Shown here in pieces: positions 43,371 through 58,800 of a DNA stretch of 64,000 nucleotides. The position numbers and the translations under genes were made by a program. The stretch lies in the NCBI RefSeq assembly GCF_009914755.1, contig NC_060926.1, one strand, 5' to 3'. This DNA is from the human T2T-CHM13v2.0 reference genome, Homo sapiens. Position 1 is the first letter of the stretch, and every line of letters starts with the position of its first letter. The notes beneath the pieces were generated by a model. The model did no database searches. It had not been told where the DNA came from and worked only from the letters and a program-made list of their open reading frames with translations.

Positions 43371-46300
43371 ATGGAATCTTCATTGAATGGACTCGAATGG
43401 AATCATCATCAAATGGAATCTAATCGAATCATCAGTGAAGGGAATCGAATGGAATCATCATCGAATGGAATCGAATGGAATCATCAACAAGTGGAAACGA
43501 ATGAAATCATCGAATGGAATCCAATGGTGTCATCGAATGGACACGAAAGGAATCATCGAATGGAATCAAATGGAATCACCATCAAATGGAATCGAATGGA
43601 ATCACCATCGAATGGAATGTTATGAAATCATCTCATGGACTCGAAGGGAATCATCATCGAATGGAATCGAATGGAATCATTGAATGAAATGGAAAGGAAT
43701 CACCATCGAATGGAATGTTATGGAATCTTCTAATGGACTCGAAGGGAATCATCATCGAATGGAATCGAATGGAATCATTGAATGCAATTGAATGGAATCA
43801 TCATCAAATGGAATCGAATGGAATCATCGAATGGAATCTGAATGGAATCATGAATGAAATGAATCAAATGGAATCATCTAATGGACGTGAAAGGAATCAT
43901 CATCGAAAGCAATGAAATGTAATTCAATCGAATGGACATGAATGGAATCATCATTGAATGGAATCAAATGGAATCCTCATCGAATGGAATCGAATGGAAT
44001 CATCAAATGGAATAGAATGGAGTCATCGTCGAATGTAATCGAATGTAATCATCGAATGGCATCGAATGGAATCATCGACTGGAAAAGAATGGAATCATCA
44101 TCGAATGGAAATGAATAGAATCACAGAATGAAATCGAATAGAATCATCATCGAATGGAGTCTAATGGAATAATCATCGAATGGAATAGAATGGAATCATC
44201 GAGTGGACACGAATGGAATCATCATTGAATGGAATCGAATAGAATCATCAAATGGACTTGAATGGAAACAACATCGAATGGAATCGAATTTAGTCATTGA
44301 ATTGCATTGAGTGGAATCATAATTGAATGGAATCTAAGGAAATCCTCGAATGGACTGGAGTGGAATCATCGAATGGACTCGAGGGGAATCATCATCGAAT
44401 GGAATCGACTGTAATCATCGATTGGACTCGAATGGAATCATCATTGAATGGAATCGAATGGAATCAATGAATGGACTCGAATAGAATCATCATCGAATGG
44501 AATCGAATGGAATCAAAGAATGGACTCTAATGGAGTCATCATCAAATGGAATCTAATGGAATCATCTAATGGACCTGAAAGGAATCATCATTGAATGGAA
44601 TCGAATGGAATCATCGAATGGACTCGAATGGAATCATCATCGAATGGAATCTAATGGAATCATTGAATGGACTCGAATGGAATAATCGAATGGGCTTGAG
44701 TGGAATCATCATCAAATGGAATCGAATGGAATCATCAAATGGACTCGAATGGAATCATCGTCAAATGGAATCGAATGGAATCATCATCAAAGGGAATCGA
44801 ATGGAATCCTCATCGAATGGAATCGAACGGAATCATCATCGAATGGAATCACCAAATTGAATCGAATGGAATGATCATCAAAGACAATCGAAGGGAAACA
44901 TCGAATGGGATTGAACGGAGTCATCGAATGGAATCGATAGGAATCATCGAATGGATTCAAATAGAATCATCATTGAATGGAAACGAACGGAATCATCGAA
45001 TGGACACGAATGGAATCATCATCAAATAGGATTGAATGGAATCATCAAATGGCATCGAATGGAATCACCATTGAATGGAATCGAATGGAATCATCGAATG
45101 CCATCGAATGAAATCATCATCGAATAAAATCAAATGGAATAATCGAATGTACTCGAATGGAATCATCAAATGGATTTGAGAGGAATCATCATCGAATGGA
45201 ATTGAACAGAATCATCAAATGGACTCGAATGGAATCCTCATTGAATGGAATCGAATGGAATCATTGAATGGAGTCCAATGGAATCATCAGCAAATGGAAT
45301 CTAATGGAATCATTGAATATCAACGAATGGAATCATCATCGAATGGAGTCGAATGGAATCATCAAATGAACTCGAATGCAATCATCATAGAATGGAATCG
45401 AATGGAATCTTTGAATGGAAATGAATGGAATCATCATCGTATGCAAACGAACGGAATCATCATCAAAAGGAATCACATGGAATCGTCAAATGGAAAAGAA
45501 TTGAATAATCATAGAAAGAAATTGAATAGAATCATCGAATGAAACCGAATGGAATCATCATCAAAAGGAATCACATGGAATCGTCAAATGGAAAAGAATT
45601 GAATAATCATAGAAAGGAATTGAATAGAATCATCGAATGAAACCGAATAGAATCATCATCGAATGGAATCGAATTGAATCATCATCGAATGAATCGAATG
45701 GAATCACCAACGAATGGAATTCAAAGGAATCATCATCGAATGGAACCAAATAGAATCATCAAATGGACTCGAAAGGAATCATCGAATGGACTCGAATGGA
45801 GTTGTCATCGAATGGAATCAAATGGAATCATCGAACAGATTTGAATCGAATCATCATTGAATGAAATCAAATGGAATCATCGAATGGAATCGAATGGAAG
45901 CAATATCAAATGGAATCGAAATGAATCATGGAATGCATTCAAAGGGAATAATCAAATGGACTCAAATGGAATCAACATCAAGTGGAATCGAAAGGTATCA
46001 TCGAATGGACCGGAATGGAATCATCATCGAATGGAATGGAATGGAATTATCGAATGGACTTGAATGGAATCACTATCTAATGGAACCGAATGGAATCATC
46101 ATGGAATGGAACCGGAAGGAGTCATCATCAAATGGAATCCAATGACATCATTGAATGGACTCGAATGGAATCATCATCAACTGGAATTGAATGGAATCAT
46201 CGAACGGACTCCAGTGGAATCATCGGAGAATGGAATCGAATGGAATTATCAAACGGACTCGAATGGAATAAACTTTGAATGGAATCGAAGGGAATCATCA

Positions 46301-49300
46301 AATGGAATCGAATGCAATCATCGAACGGAATCGAAAGCCATCACCGAATGGAATCCAAAGGAATCACCATTGAATGGACTCGAATGGAATCATCATTGAA
46401 TGGAATCTAATGGAGTCATCGAATGGACTCGAATGGAATCATCATCTATGGGAATCAAATGGAATCATCGAATGGAATCGAAAGGAATAATCATCAACTG
46501 TAATGAACTGGAATCACTGAATGAAATCGAATGGAATCATCATCAAAAATAATCGAATAGAATAATCAAATGGAATCAAATGCAATCAACATCAAATGGA
46601 ATCGAATGGAATCCTAGAATGACATCGAATGGAATCCTCATCGAATGGAATCAAAGGGAATCAATATCGAATGGAATCGAAAGCAATCACTGAATGGACT
46701 TGAATACAATCATCAAATGGATTTGAAGGGAATCCTCATTGAATGGAATAGAACAAAAACATTGAATGGACACGAATGGAATCATCATCGAATGGAATCA
46801 AATGGAGTCATCGAATGGACACGAATGAATGAACAAATGGACTCGAATGGAAACATCAAATAGAATCGAATGGAATCATCGAAAGGAATTGAATGGAATG
46901 ATTGAATGAACTCGAATGGAATCATCTAATGGACACGAATGGAATAATCATAAAATGGAATCGAATGGAATCATCAAATGGACTCGAATGAATGGAATTA
47001 TTGAATGGACTCGAATGGAATCATCGAATGGACTCAAATGGAATCATCATCAAGTGGAATCGAATGGAATCATCGAATGGATTCGAATGGAATCATCAAA
47101 TGGAATCAAACCGAATCGTCATCGAATGGAATCGAATGGAATCATCGAATGGAATTGAAGGGAATCATCACATGGAATCAAACCGAATCGTCATCGAATG
47201 GAATCGAATGGAATCATCGAATGGAATTGAAGGCAATCATCATCGAATGGAATCGAATGGAATCATCATCAAATGGAATCAAGCGGAAGGAATCATCAAA
47301 TGGAATCATTGTTGAATGGAATGGAATGGAATCATTGAATGGAATTGAATGGGATCACCAATGAACGGAATCAAATGGAATCATCTTCTAATGGAATCGA
47401 AAGGAATCATCAAATACACTCGAATGGAATCATCATCGAATGGAATCGTGTGGAATCGTCGAATGAACTGGAAATGAATCATAATCAAATGCAATTAAAA
47501 TGAATCATCATCGAAAGGAATCACATGGAATCATCATCGAATGGAATCATACGGAAACATCACAGAATGGAATTGAATGGAATCATCAGTTGGACTCGAA
47601 TGGACTCATCAAATGTACTCGAAGGGACGCGTCAAATGGACTCGAACGGAATCATCATCGAATGGAATCGAATGGGTTCATCGAAAGAACTCGAATCAAA
47701 TCTTCAAAAGGACTCAAAGGGAATCATTGTAGAATGGAAATGAATAGAGTCATCAGACAGCCTCGAATGGAAACATCATTGAATGGAATTGATTGGAAAC
47801 ATCGAATTCACTCGAATGGAATCATCATCTGATGGAATTCAATGGAATCATCGAATGGACACAAATGGAATCATCATCAAATGGAATCCATTGGAACGAT
47901 CGAATGGAATCGCATGGAATTATCAAATGGAATCGAATGGAATCATCTTTGAATGGAATCAAATGGAATCATCGAATGGAATCGAATGCAATCATCATTG
48001 AATGGAATCGAATGGAATCATCGAATGGTATCCAAAGGAATCACCATTGAATGCCCTCGCATGGAATCATCATCATATAGAGTAGAAAGGAATTATTGAA
48101 TGGACTCGAATGGAACCATCATTGAATGGAATCACCAAATGGAATCAAATGGAATCATCATCAAATGAAATCAAACGGAATCATCAAATGGAATCGAATG
48201 GAATCATCATTGAATGGATTCGAATAGAATCTTTGAATGAAATTGAATGGAAGCAGCATGAAATGGAATCTAAACGAATCACAGAATGGTATCGAATGGA
48301 ATCATCATGGAATGGAATGGAATGGAATGGAATGGAATGGAATGAAATGGAATGGAATGGAATGGAATGGAATCAGCATCGAATGGAATCAAAAGCAATC
48401 ATTCCATGGACTCTAATAGAATCATCGAATAGACTTGAATGTAATCATCATCGAATGGAGAAGAATGGAATCATCCAATGGACACGAATGGAATCATCCT
48501 CGAATGAAATCGAATGGAATCATATAATGGACCCGAATGGAATCATCATTGAATGGAATAGAATGGAATCGTCATCGAATGGAATCGTATGGAATCATCT
48601 AATGGACCCGAATGGAATCATCGTCGAATTGAATAGAGTGCAATCATCATCAAATGGAATCGAATGGAATCATCATCAAATAGAATCGAATGGAATCATC
48701 AAATGGAATCGAATGGAGTCATTGTCTAATGCAATCGAATGAAATCATAGAATGGAATCCCATGGAATCAACATCGAATGGAATCGATTGGAATCATTAT
48801 CAAATAGAATTGAATGGAATCACTGAATGGAATCATCATCAAATGGACTCCAACGGAATCATCGAATTGACTCTAATGGAATCATCACTGAATGGAATAG
48901 AATGGAATAATCAAATGGAAACGAATGGAATCATCATCGAATGGAATCGAATGGTATCATCAAATGCACTTGAATGGAATCATCAATGAATGCAATCGAA
49001 TGGTATAATCGAATGGAATCAAATGGAATCATCTTCGAGTGGAACAGAAAGGAATCGCCAAATGGACTCCAATGGAATAATCATCGTATGGAATCGAGTG
49101 GAATCATCGAATGTACTCGAATGGAATCATCGAATGTACTCGAATGGAATCATCGAATGGAATCGAATGGAATCATGGTCGAACGGAAAAGAATGGAATC
49201 ATCAAGTGGACACGAATGGAATCAACATCTAATGGAATGGAATGGAATCATCAAATGGAATGGAATGGAATCATCATCGAATGGAATAAAATGGAATCAT

Positions 49301-49893
49301 CAAATGGAATCAAATGGAATCATCAATGAATGGAATCGAATGGTATCATGGAATGGAATTGAATGGAATCGTCTTTGAGTGGAATCTAAAGGAATCACCG
49401 AATGGACTCCAATCATCAGATGGAATCGAGTGGAATCATCGAATGTAGTCGAATGCAATCATCATCGAATGGAATTGAATGGAATCAACGAATGGAATAT
49501 AAAGGAATTATAGAATGGACTCGAATGGAATCATCATTGAATGGAATGAAATGGAATCATCATGGAATGGAATTGAATGGAATCATCGAATGGACTCGAA
49601 AGGGATTATGCTCGAATGGAATCTAATGGAATCATCAAATGGACTCAAATGGAATCATCATCGAATGAAATCGTATGGAATCATCGAATGCAACTGAATG
49701 GAATCATTGAATGGACTTGAAAGGAATTATTATGGAATGGAATTGAATGGAATCATTGAATGGACTTGAAAGGAATCATCATCAAGTGGAATCGAATGGA
49801 ATCGTTGAATGGACTCGAATTGAATCTTTGAATGGAATCGAATGGAATCATCATTGAATGGAGTCAAATGGAATCATCATCAAATGGAATTGA
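43371..49893 (+). repeat. Higher-order unit U8, variant A (6,523 bp)
   Basis: Matches U1. The 185-bp length difference equals the 170-bp deletion in U1 plus three extra GGAAT pentamers in U8. Confidence 0.9.
48309..48373 (+). repeat. (GGAAT)13 tract with one GAAAT variant unit
   Basis: Direct count; homologous position to 4963-5012. Confidence 0.92.
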
Positions 49894-52800
49894 ATGGAAT
49901 CTTCATTGAATGGACTCGAATGGAATCATCATCAAATGGAATCTAATCGAATCATCAATGAAGGGAATCGAATGGAATCATCATCGAATGGAATCGAGTG
50001 GAATCATCAACAAGTGGAAACGAATGAAATCATCGAATGGAATCCAATGGTGTCATCGAATGGACACGAAAGGAATCATCGAATGGAATCAAATGGAATC
50101 ACCATCGAATGGAATCAAATGGAATCACCATCGAATGGAATGTTATGAAATCATCTCATGGACTCGAAGGGAATCATCATCGAATGGAATCGATTGGAAT
50201 CATTGAATGAAATGGAAAGGAATCACCATCGAATGGAATGTTATGGAATCTTCTAATGGACTCGAAGGGAATCATCATCGAATGGAATCGAATGGAATCA
50301 TTGAATGCAATTGAATGGAATCATCATCAAATGGAATCGAATGGAATCATCGAATGGAATCTGAATGGAATCATCAATGAATGGAATCAAATGGAATCAT
50401 CTAATGGACGTGAATGGAATCATCTTCGAAAACAATGAAATGTAATTCAATCGAATGGACATGAATGGAATCATCATTGAATGGAATCAAATGGAATCCT
50501 CATCGAATGGAATCGAATGGAATCATCAAATGGAATAGAATGGAGTCATCGTCGAATGTAATCGAATGTAATCATCGAATGGCATCGAATGGAATCATCG
50601 ACTGGAAAAGAATGGAATCATCATCGAATGGAAATGAATAGAATCACAGAATGAAATCGAATGGAATCATCATCGAATGGAGTCTAATAGAATAATCATC
50701 AAATGGAATAGAATGGAATCATCGAGTGGACACGAATGGAATCATCATTGAATGGAATCGAATAGAATCATCAAATGGACTTGAATGGAAACAACATCGA
50801 ATGGAATCGAATTTAGTCATTGAATTGCATTGAGTGGAATCATAATTGAATGGAATCTAAGGAAATCATCGAATGGACTGGAGTGGAATCATCGAATGGA
50901 CTCGAGGGGAATCATCATCGAATGGAATCGACTGTAATCATCGATTGGACTCGAATGGAATCATCATTGAATGGAATCGAATGGAATCAACGAATGGACT
51001 CGAATAGAATCATCATCGATTGGAATCGAAAGGAATCAAAGAATGGACTCTAATGGAGTCATCATCAAATGGAATCTAATGGAATCATCTAATGGACCTG
51101 AAAGGAATCATCATTGAATGGAATCGAATGGAATCATCGAATGGACTCGAATGGAATCATCATCGAATGGAATCTAATGGAATCATTGAATGGACTCGAA
51201 TGGAATAATCGAATGGGCTTGAGTGGAATCATCATCAAATGGAATCGAATGGAATCATCAAATGGACTCGAATGGAATCATCGTCAAATGGAATCGAATG
51301 GAATCATCATCAAAGGGAATCGAATGGAATCCTCATCGAATGGAATCGAACGGAATCATCATCGAATGGAATCACCAAATTGAATCGAATGGAATGATCG
51401 TCAAAGACAATCGAAGGGAAACATCGAATGGGATTGAACGGAGTCATCGAATGGAATCGATAGGAATCATCGAATGGATTCAAATGGAATCATCATCGAA
51501 TGGAAACGAACGGAATCATCGAATGGACACGAATGGAATCATCATCAAATAGGATTGAATGGAATCATCAAATGGCATCGAATGGAATCACCATTGAATG
51601 GAATCGAATGGAATCATCGAATGGCATCGAATGGAATCATCATCGAATAAAATCAAATGGAATAATCGAATGTACTCGAATGGAATCATCAAATGGATTT
51701 GAGAGGAATCATCATCGAATGGAATTGAACAGAATCATCAACTGGACTCGAATGGAATCCTCATTGAATGGAATCGAATGGAATCATTGAATGGAGTCGA
51801 ATGGAATCATCAGCAAACGGAATCGAATGGAATCATTGAATATCAACGAATGGAATCATCATCGAATGGAGTTGAATGGAATCATCAAACGAACTCGAAT
51901 GCAATCATCATAGAATGGAATCGAATGGAATCTTTGAATGGACCTGAATGGAATCATCATCGAATGCAAACGAATGGAATCATCATCAAATGGAATCACA
52001 TGGAATCATCAAATGGAAAAGAATTGAATAATCATAGAAAGGAATTGAATAGAATCATCGAATGAAACCGAATGGAATCATCATCGAATGGAATCGAATG
52101 GAATCATCAACAAGTGGAAACGAATGAAATCTTCGAATGGAATCGAATGGTGTCATCGAATGGACACGAAAGGAATCATCGAATGGAATCAAATGGAATC
52201 ACCATCGAATGAAATCAAATGGAATCACCATCGAATGGAATGTTATGAAATCATCTCATGGACTCGAAGGGAATCATCATCGAATGGAATCGAATGGAAT
52301 CATTGAATGAAATGGAAAGGAATCACCATCGAATGGAATGTTATGGAATCTTCTAATGGACTCGAAGGGAATCATCATCGAATGGAATCGAATGGAATCA
52401 TTGAATGCAATTGAATGGAATCATCATCAAATGGAATCGAATGGAATCATCGAATGGAATCTGAATGGAGTCATGAATGAATGGAATCAAATGGAATCAT
52501 CGAGTGGACAGGAATGGAATCATCATCGAAAGCAATGAAATGTAATTCAATCGAATGGACATGAATGGAATCATCATTGAATGGAATCAAATGGAATCCT
52601 CATCGAATGGAATCGAATGGAATCATCAAATGGAATAGAATGGAGTCATCGTCGAATGTAATCGAATGTAATCATCGAATGGCATCGAATGGAATCATCG
52701 ACTGGAAAAGAATGGAATCATCATCGAATGGAAATGAATAGAATCACAGAATGAAATCGAATGGAATCATCATCGAATGGAGTCTAATGGAATAATCATC

Positions 52801-55800
52801 GAATGGAATAGAATGGAATCATCGAGTGGACAGGAATGGAATCATCATTGAATGGAATCGAATAGAATCATCAAATGGACTTGAATGGAACAACATCGAA
52901 TGGAATCGAATTTAGTCATTGAATGGCATTGAGTGGAATCATCATTGAATGGAATCTAAGGAAATCATCGAATGGACTGGAGTGGAATCATCGAATGGAC
53001 AAGAGGGGAATCATCATCGAATGGAATCTAATGGAATCATTGAATGGACTCGAATGGAATAATCGAATGGGCTTGAGTGGAATCATCATCAAATGGAATC
53101 GAATGGAATCATCAAATGGACTTGAATGGAAACAACATCGAATGGAATCGAATTTAGTCATTGAATTGCATTGAGTGGAATCATCACTGAATGGAATCTA
53201 AGGAAATCATCGAACGGACTCGAGTGGAATCATCGAATGGACTCGAGGGGAATCATCATCGAATGGAATCGACTGTAATCATCGATTGGACTCAAATGGA
53301 ATCATCATTGAATGGAATCAAATGGAATCAACGAATGGACTCGAATAGAATCATCATCGAATGGAATCGAATGGAATCAAAGAATAGACTCTAATGGAAT
53401 CATCATCAAATGGAATCTAATGGAATCATCTAATGGACCTGAAAGGAATCATCATTGAATGGAATCGAATGGAATCATCGAATGGACTCGAATGGAATCA
53501 TCATCGAATTTAATCTAATGGAATCATTGAATGGACTCGAATGGAATAATCGAATGGGCTTGAGTGGAATCATCATCAAATGGAATCGAATGGAATCATC
53601 AAATGGACTCGAATGGAATCATCGTTAAATGGAATCGAATGGAATCATCATCAAAAGGAATCGAATGGAATCCTCATCGAATGGAATCGAACGGAATCAT
53701 CATCGAATGGAATCACCAAATTGAATCGAATGGAATGATCGTCAAAGACAATCGAAGGGAAACATCGAATGGGATTGAACGGAGTCATCGAATGGAATCG
53801 ATAGGAATCATCGAATGGATTCAAATGGAATCATCATCGAATGGAAACGAACGGAATCATCGAATGGACACGAATGGAATCATCATCAAATAGGATTGAA
53901 TGGAATCATCAAATGGCATCGAATGGAATCACCATTGAATGGAATCGAATGGAATCATCGAATGGCATCGAATGGAATCATCATCGAATAAAATCAAATG
54001 GAATAATCGAATGTACTCGAATGGAATCATCAAATGGATTTGAGAGGAATCATCATCGAATGGAATTGAACAGAATCATCAAATGGACTCGAATGGAATC
54101 CTCATTGAATGGAATCAAATGGAATCATTCAATGGAGTCGAATGGAATCATCAGCAAATGGAATCGAAAGGAATCATTGAATATCAACGAATGGAATCAT
54201 CATCGAATGGAGTCGAATGGAATCATCAAATGAACTCGAATGCAATCATCATAGAATGGAATCGAATGGAATCTTTGAATGGACCTGAATGGAATCATCA
54301 TCGAATGCAAACGAATGGAATCATCATCAAATGGAATCACATGGAATCATCAAATGGAAAAGAATTGAATAATCATAGAAAGGAATTGAATAGAATCATC
54401 GAATGAAACCGAATGGAATCATCATCGAATGGAATCGAATGGAATCATCACCGAATGCAATTGAATGGAATCATCATTGAATGGAATCGAATGGAATCAT
54501 CATCGATTGGAATCAAATGGAATCATCGAATGGAATCGAAAGGAATCATCATCAACTGTAATGAACTGGAATCACTGAATGGAATCGAATGGAATCGTCA
54601 TCAAAAATAATCGAATAGAATAATCAAATGGAATCAAATGCAATCAACATCAAATGGAATCGAATGGAATCCTAGAATGACATCGAATGGAATCCTCATC
54701 GAATGGAATCAAAGGGAATCAATATCGAATGGAATCGAAAGCAATCACTGAATGGACTTGAATACAATCATCAAATGGATTTGAAGGGAATCCTCATTGA
54801 ATGGAATAGAACAAAAACATTGAATGGACACAAATGGAATCATCATCGAATGGAATCAAATGGAGTCATCAAATGGATTCGAATGGAATCATCATCAAAT
54901 GGGATCATCATCAAATGGAATCGAATGGAGTCATCGAATGGACACGAATGAATGAACAAATGGACTCGAATGGAAACATCACATAGAATCGAATGGAATC
55001 ATCGAAAGGAATTGAATGGAATGATTGAATGGACTCGAATGGAATCATCTAATGGACACGAATGGAATAATCATAAAATGGTATCGAATGGAATCATCAA
55101 ATGGACTCGAATGAATGGAATCATTGAATGGATTCGAATGGAATCATCGAATGGACTCAAATGGAATCATCATCAAATGGAATCGAATGGAATCGATAGG
55201 AATCATCGAATGGATTCAAATGGAATCATCATCGAATGGAAACGAACGGAATCATCGAATGGACACGAATGGAATCATCATCAAATAGGATTGAATGGAA
55301 TCATCAAATGGCATTGAATGGAATCACCATTGAATGGAATCGAATGGAATCATCGAATGGCATCGAATGGAATCATCATCGAATAAAATCAAATGGAATA
55401 ATCGAATGTACTCGAATGGAATCATCAAATGGATTTGAGAGGAATCATCATCGAATGGAATTGAACAGAATCATCAAATGGACTCGAATGGAATCCTCAT
55501 TGAATGGAATCGAATGGAATCATTGAATGGAGTCGAATGGAATCATCAGCAAATGGAATCGAATGGAATCATTGAATATCAACGAATGGAATCATCATCG
55601 AATGGAGTCGAATGGAATCATCCAATGAACTCGAATGCAATCATCATAGAATGGAATCGAATAGAATCTTTGAATGGACCTGAATGGAATCATCATCGAA
55701 TGCAAACGAATGGAATCATCATCAAATGGAATCACATGGAATCATCAAATGGAAAAGAATTGAATAATCATAGAAAGGAATTGAATAGAGTCATCGAATG

Positions 55801-58800
55801 AAACCGAATGGAATCATCATCGAATGGAATCGAATGGAATCATCATCGAATGCAATTGAATGGAATCATCATCGAATGGAATTGAATGGAATCATCAACG
55901 AATGGAATTCAAAGGAATCATCATCGAATGGAACCAAAGAGAATCATCAAATGGACTCGAAAGGAATCATCGAATGGACTCGAATGGAGTTGTCATCGAA
56001 TGGAATCAAATGGAATCATCGAACGGAATTGAATCGAATCATCATTGAATGAAATCAAATGGAATCATCGAATGGACTCGAATGGAAGCAATATCAAATG
56101 GAATCGAAAGGAATCATGGAATGAATTCAAAGGGAATAATCAAATGGACTCAAATGGAATCAACATCAAGTGGAATCGAAAGGAATCATCGAATGGACCG
56201 GAATGGAATCATCATCGAATGGAATCGAATGGAATCATCGAATGGACTTGAATGGAATCACAATCTAATGGAACCGAATGGAATCATCATGGAATGGAAC
56301 CGGAAGGAGTCATCATCAAATGGAATCCAATGAAATCATTGAATGGACTCGAATGGAATCATCATCCACTGGAATTGAATGGAATCATCGAACGGACTCC
56401 AGTGGAATCATCGGAGAATGGAATCAAATGGAATTATCAAAAGGACTCGAATGGAATAAACTTTGAATGGAATCGAAGGGAATCATCAAATGGAATCGAA
56501 TGCAATCATCGAACGGAATCGAATGGCATCACCGAATGGAATCCAATGGAATCACCATTGAATGGACTCGAATGGAATCATCATTGAATGGAATCGAATG
56601 GAATCATCGAATGGACTCGAATGGAATCATCATCGATTGGAATCAAATGGAATCATCGAATGGAATCGAAAGGAATCATCATCAACTGTAATGAACTGGA
56701 ATCACTGAATGGAATCGAATGGAATCGTCATCAAAAATAATCGAATAGAATAATGAGGTGGAATCAAATGCAATCAACATCAAATGGAATCGAATGGAAT
56801 CCTAGAATGACATCGAATGGAATCCTCATCGAATGGAATCAAAGGGAATCAATATCGAATGGAATCGAAAGCAATCACTGAATGGACTTGAATACAATCA
56901 TCAAATGGATTTGAAGGGAATCCTCATTGAATGGAATAGAACAAAAACATTGAATGGACACGAATGGAATCATCATCGAATGGAATCAAATGGAGTCATC
57001 AAATGGACTCGAATGGAATCATCATCAAATGGGATCATCATCAAATGGAATCGAATGGAATCATCGAATGGAATTGAAGGCAATCATCATCGAATGGAAT
57101 CGAATGGAATCATCATCAAATGGAATCAATCGGAAGGAATCATCAAATGGAATCTAATGGAATCATTGTTGAATGGAATGTAATGGAATCATCGAATGGA
57201 ATTGAATGGGATCACCAATGAACGGAATCAAATGGAATCATCTTCTAATGGAATCGAAAGGAATCATCAAATACACTTGAATGGAATCATCATCGAATGG
57301 AATCGTGTGGAATAGTCGAATGAACTGGAAATGAATCATAATCAAATGCAATTAAAATGAACCATCATCGAAAGGAATCACATGGAATCATCATCGAATG
57401 GAATCATACGGAAACATCACAGAATGGAATTGAATGGAATCATCAGTTGGACTCGAATGGAATCATCAAATGTACTCGAAGGGACGCGTCAAATGGACTC
57501 GAACGGAATCATCATCAAATGGAATCGAATGGGATCATCGAAAGGACTCGAATCAAATCTTCAAAAGGACTCAAAGGGAATCATTGTAGAATGGAAATGA
57601 ATAGAGTCATCAGACAGCCTCGAATGGAAACATCATTGAATGGAATTGATTGGAAACATAGAATTCACTCGAATGGAATCATCATCTGATGGAATTCAAT
57701 GGAATCATCGAATGGACACAAATGGAATCATCATCAAATGGAATCCATTGGAACGATCCAATGGAATCGCATGGAATTATCAAATGGAATCGAATGGAAT
57801 CATCTTTGAATGGAATCAAGTGGAATCATCGAATGGAATCGAATGCAATCATCATTGAATGGAATCGAATGGAATCATCGAATGGTATCCAAAGGAATCA
57901 CCATTGAATGCCCTCGCATGGAATCATCATCATATAGAGTAGAAAGGAATCATTGAATGGACTCGAATGGAACCATCATTGAATGGAATCACCAAATGGA
58001 ATCAAATGGAATCATCATCAAATGAAATCAAACGGAATCATCAAATGGAATCGAATGGAATCATCATTGAATGGATTCGAATAGAATCTTAGAATGAAAT
58101 TGAATGGAATCAGCATGAAATGGAATCTAAAGGAATCATAGAATGGTATCGAATGGAATCATCATGGAATGGAATGGAATGGAATGGAATGGAATCAGCA
58201 TCGAATGGAATCAAAAGCAATCATTCAATGGACTCTAATAGAATCATCGAATAGACTTGAATGTAATCATCATCGAATGGAGAAGAATGGAATCATCCAA
58301 TGGACACGAATGGAATCATCCTCGAATGGAATCGAATGGAATCATATAATGGACCCGAATGGAATCATCATTGAATGGAATAGAATGGAATCGTCATCGA
58401 ATGGAATCGTATGGAATCATCTAATGGAACCGAATGGAATCATCGTCGAATTGAATAGAGTGCAATCATCATCAAATGGAATCGAATGGAATCATCATCA
58501 AATAGAATCGAATGGAATCATCAAATGGAATCGAATGGAGTCATTGTCTAATGCAATCGAATGAAATCATAGAATGGAATCCCATGGAATCAACATCGAA
58601 TGGAATCGATTGGAATCATTATCAAATAGAATTGAATGGAATCACTGAATGGAATCATCATCAAATGGACTCCAACGGAATCATCGAATTGACTCTAATG
58701 GAATCATCACTGAATGGAATAGAATGGAATAATCAAATGGAAACGAATGGAATCATCATCGAATGGAATCGAATGGTATCATCAAATGCACTTGAATGGA

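Noticed and set aside
23000-46030. Near-identical duplications as a pure assembly artefact
   Set aside because: Not favoured, because the copies carry a few distinguishing SNVs and coherent chimeric junctions. It cannot be fully excluded without reads.
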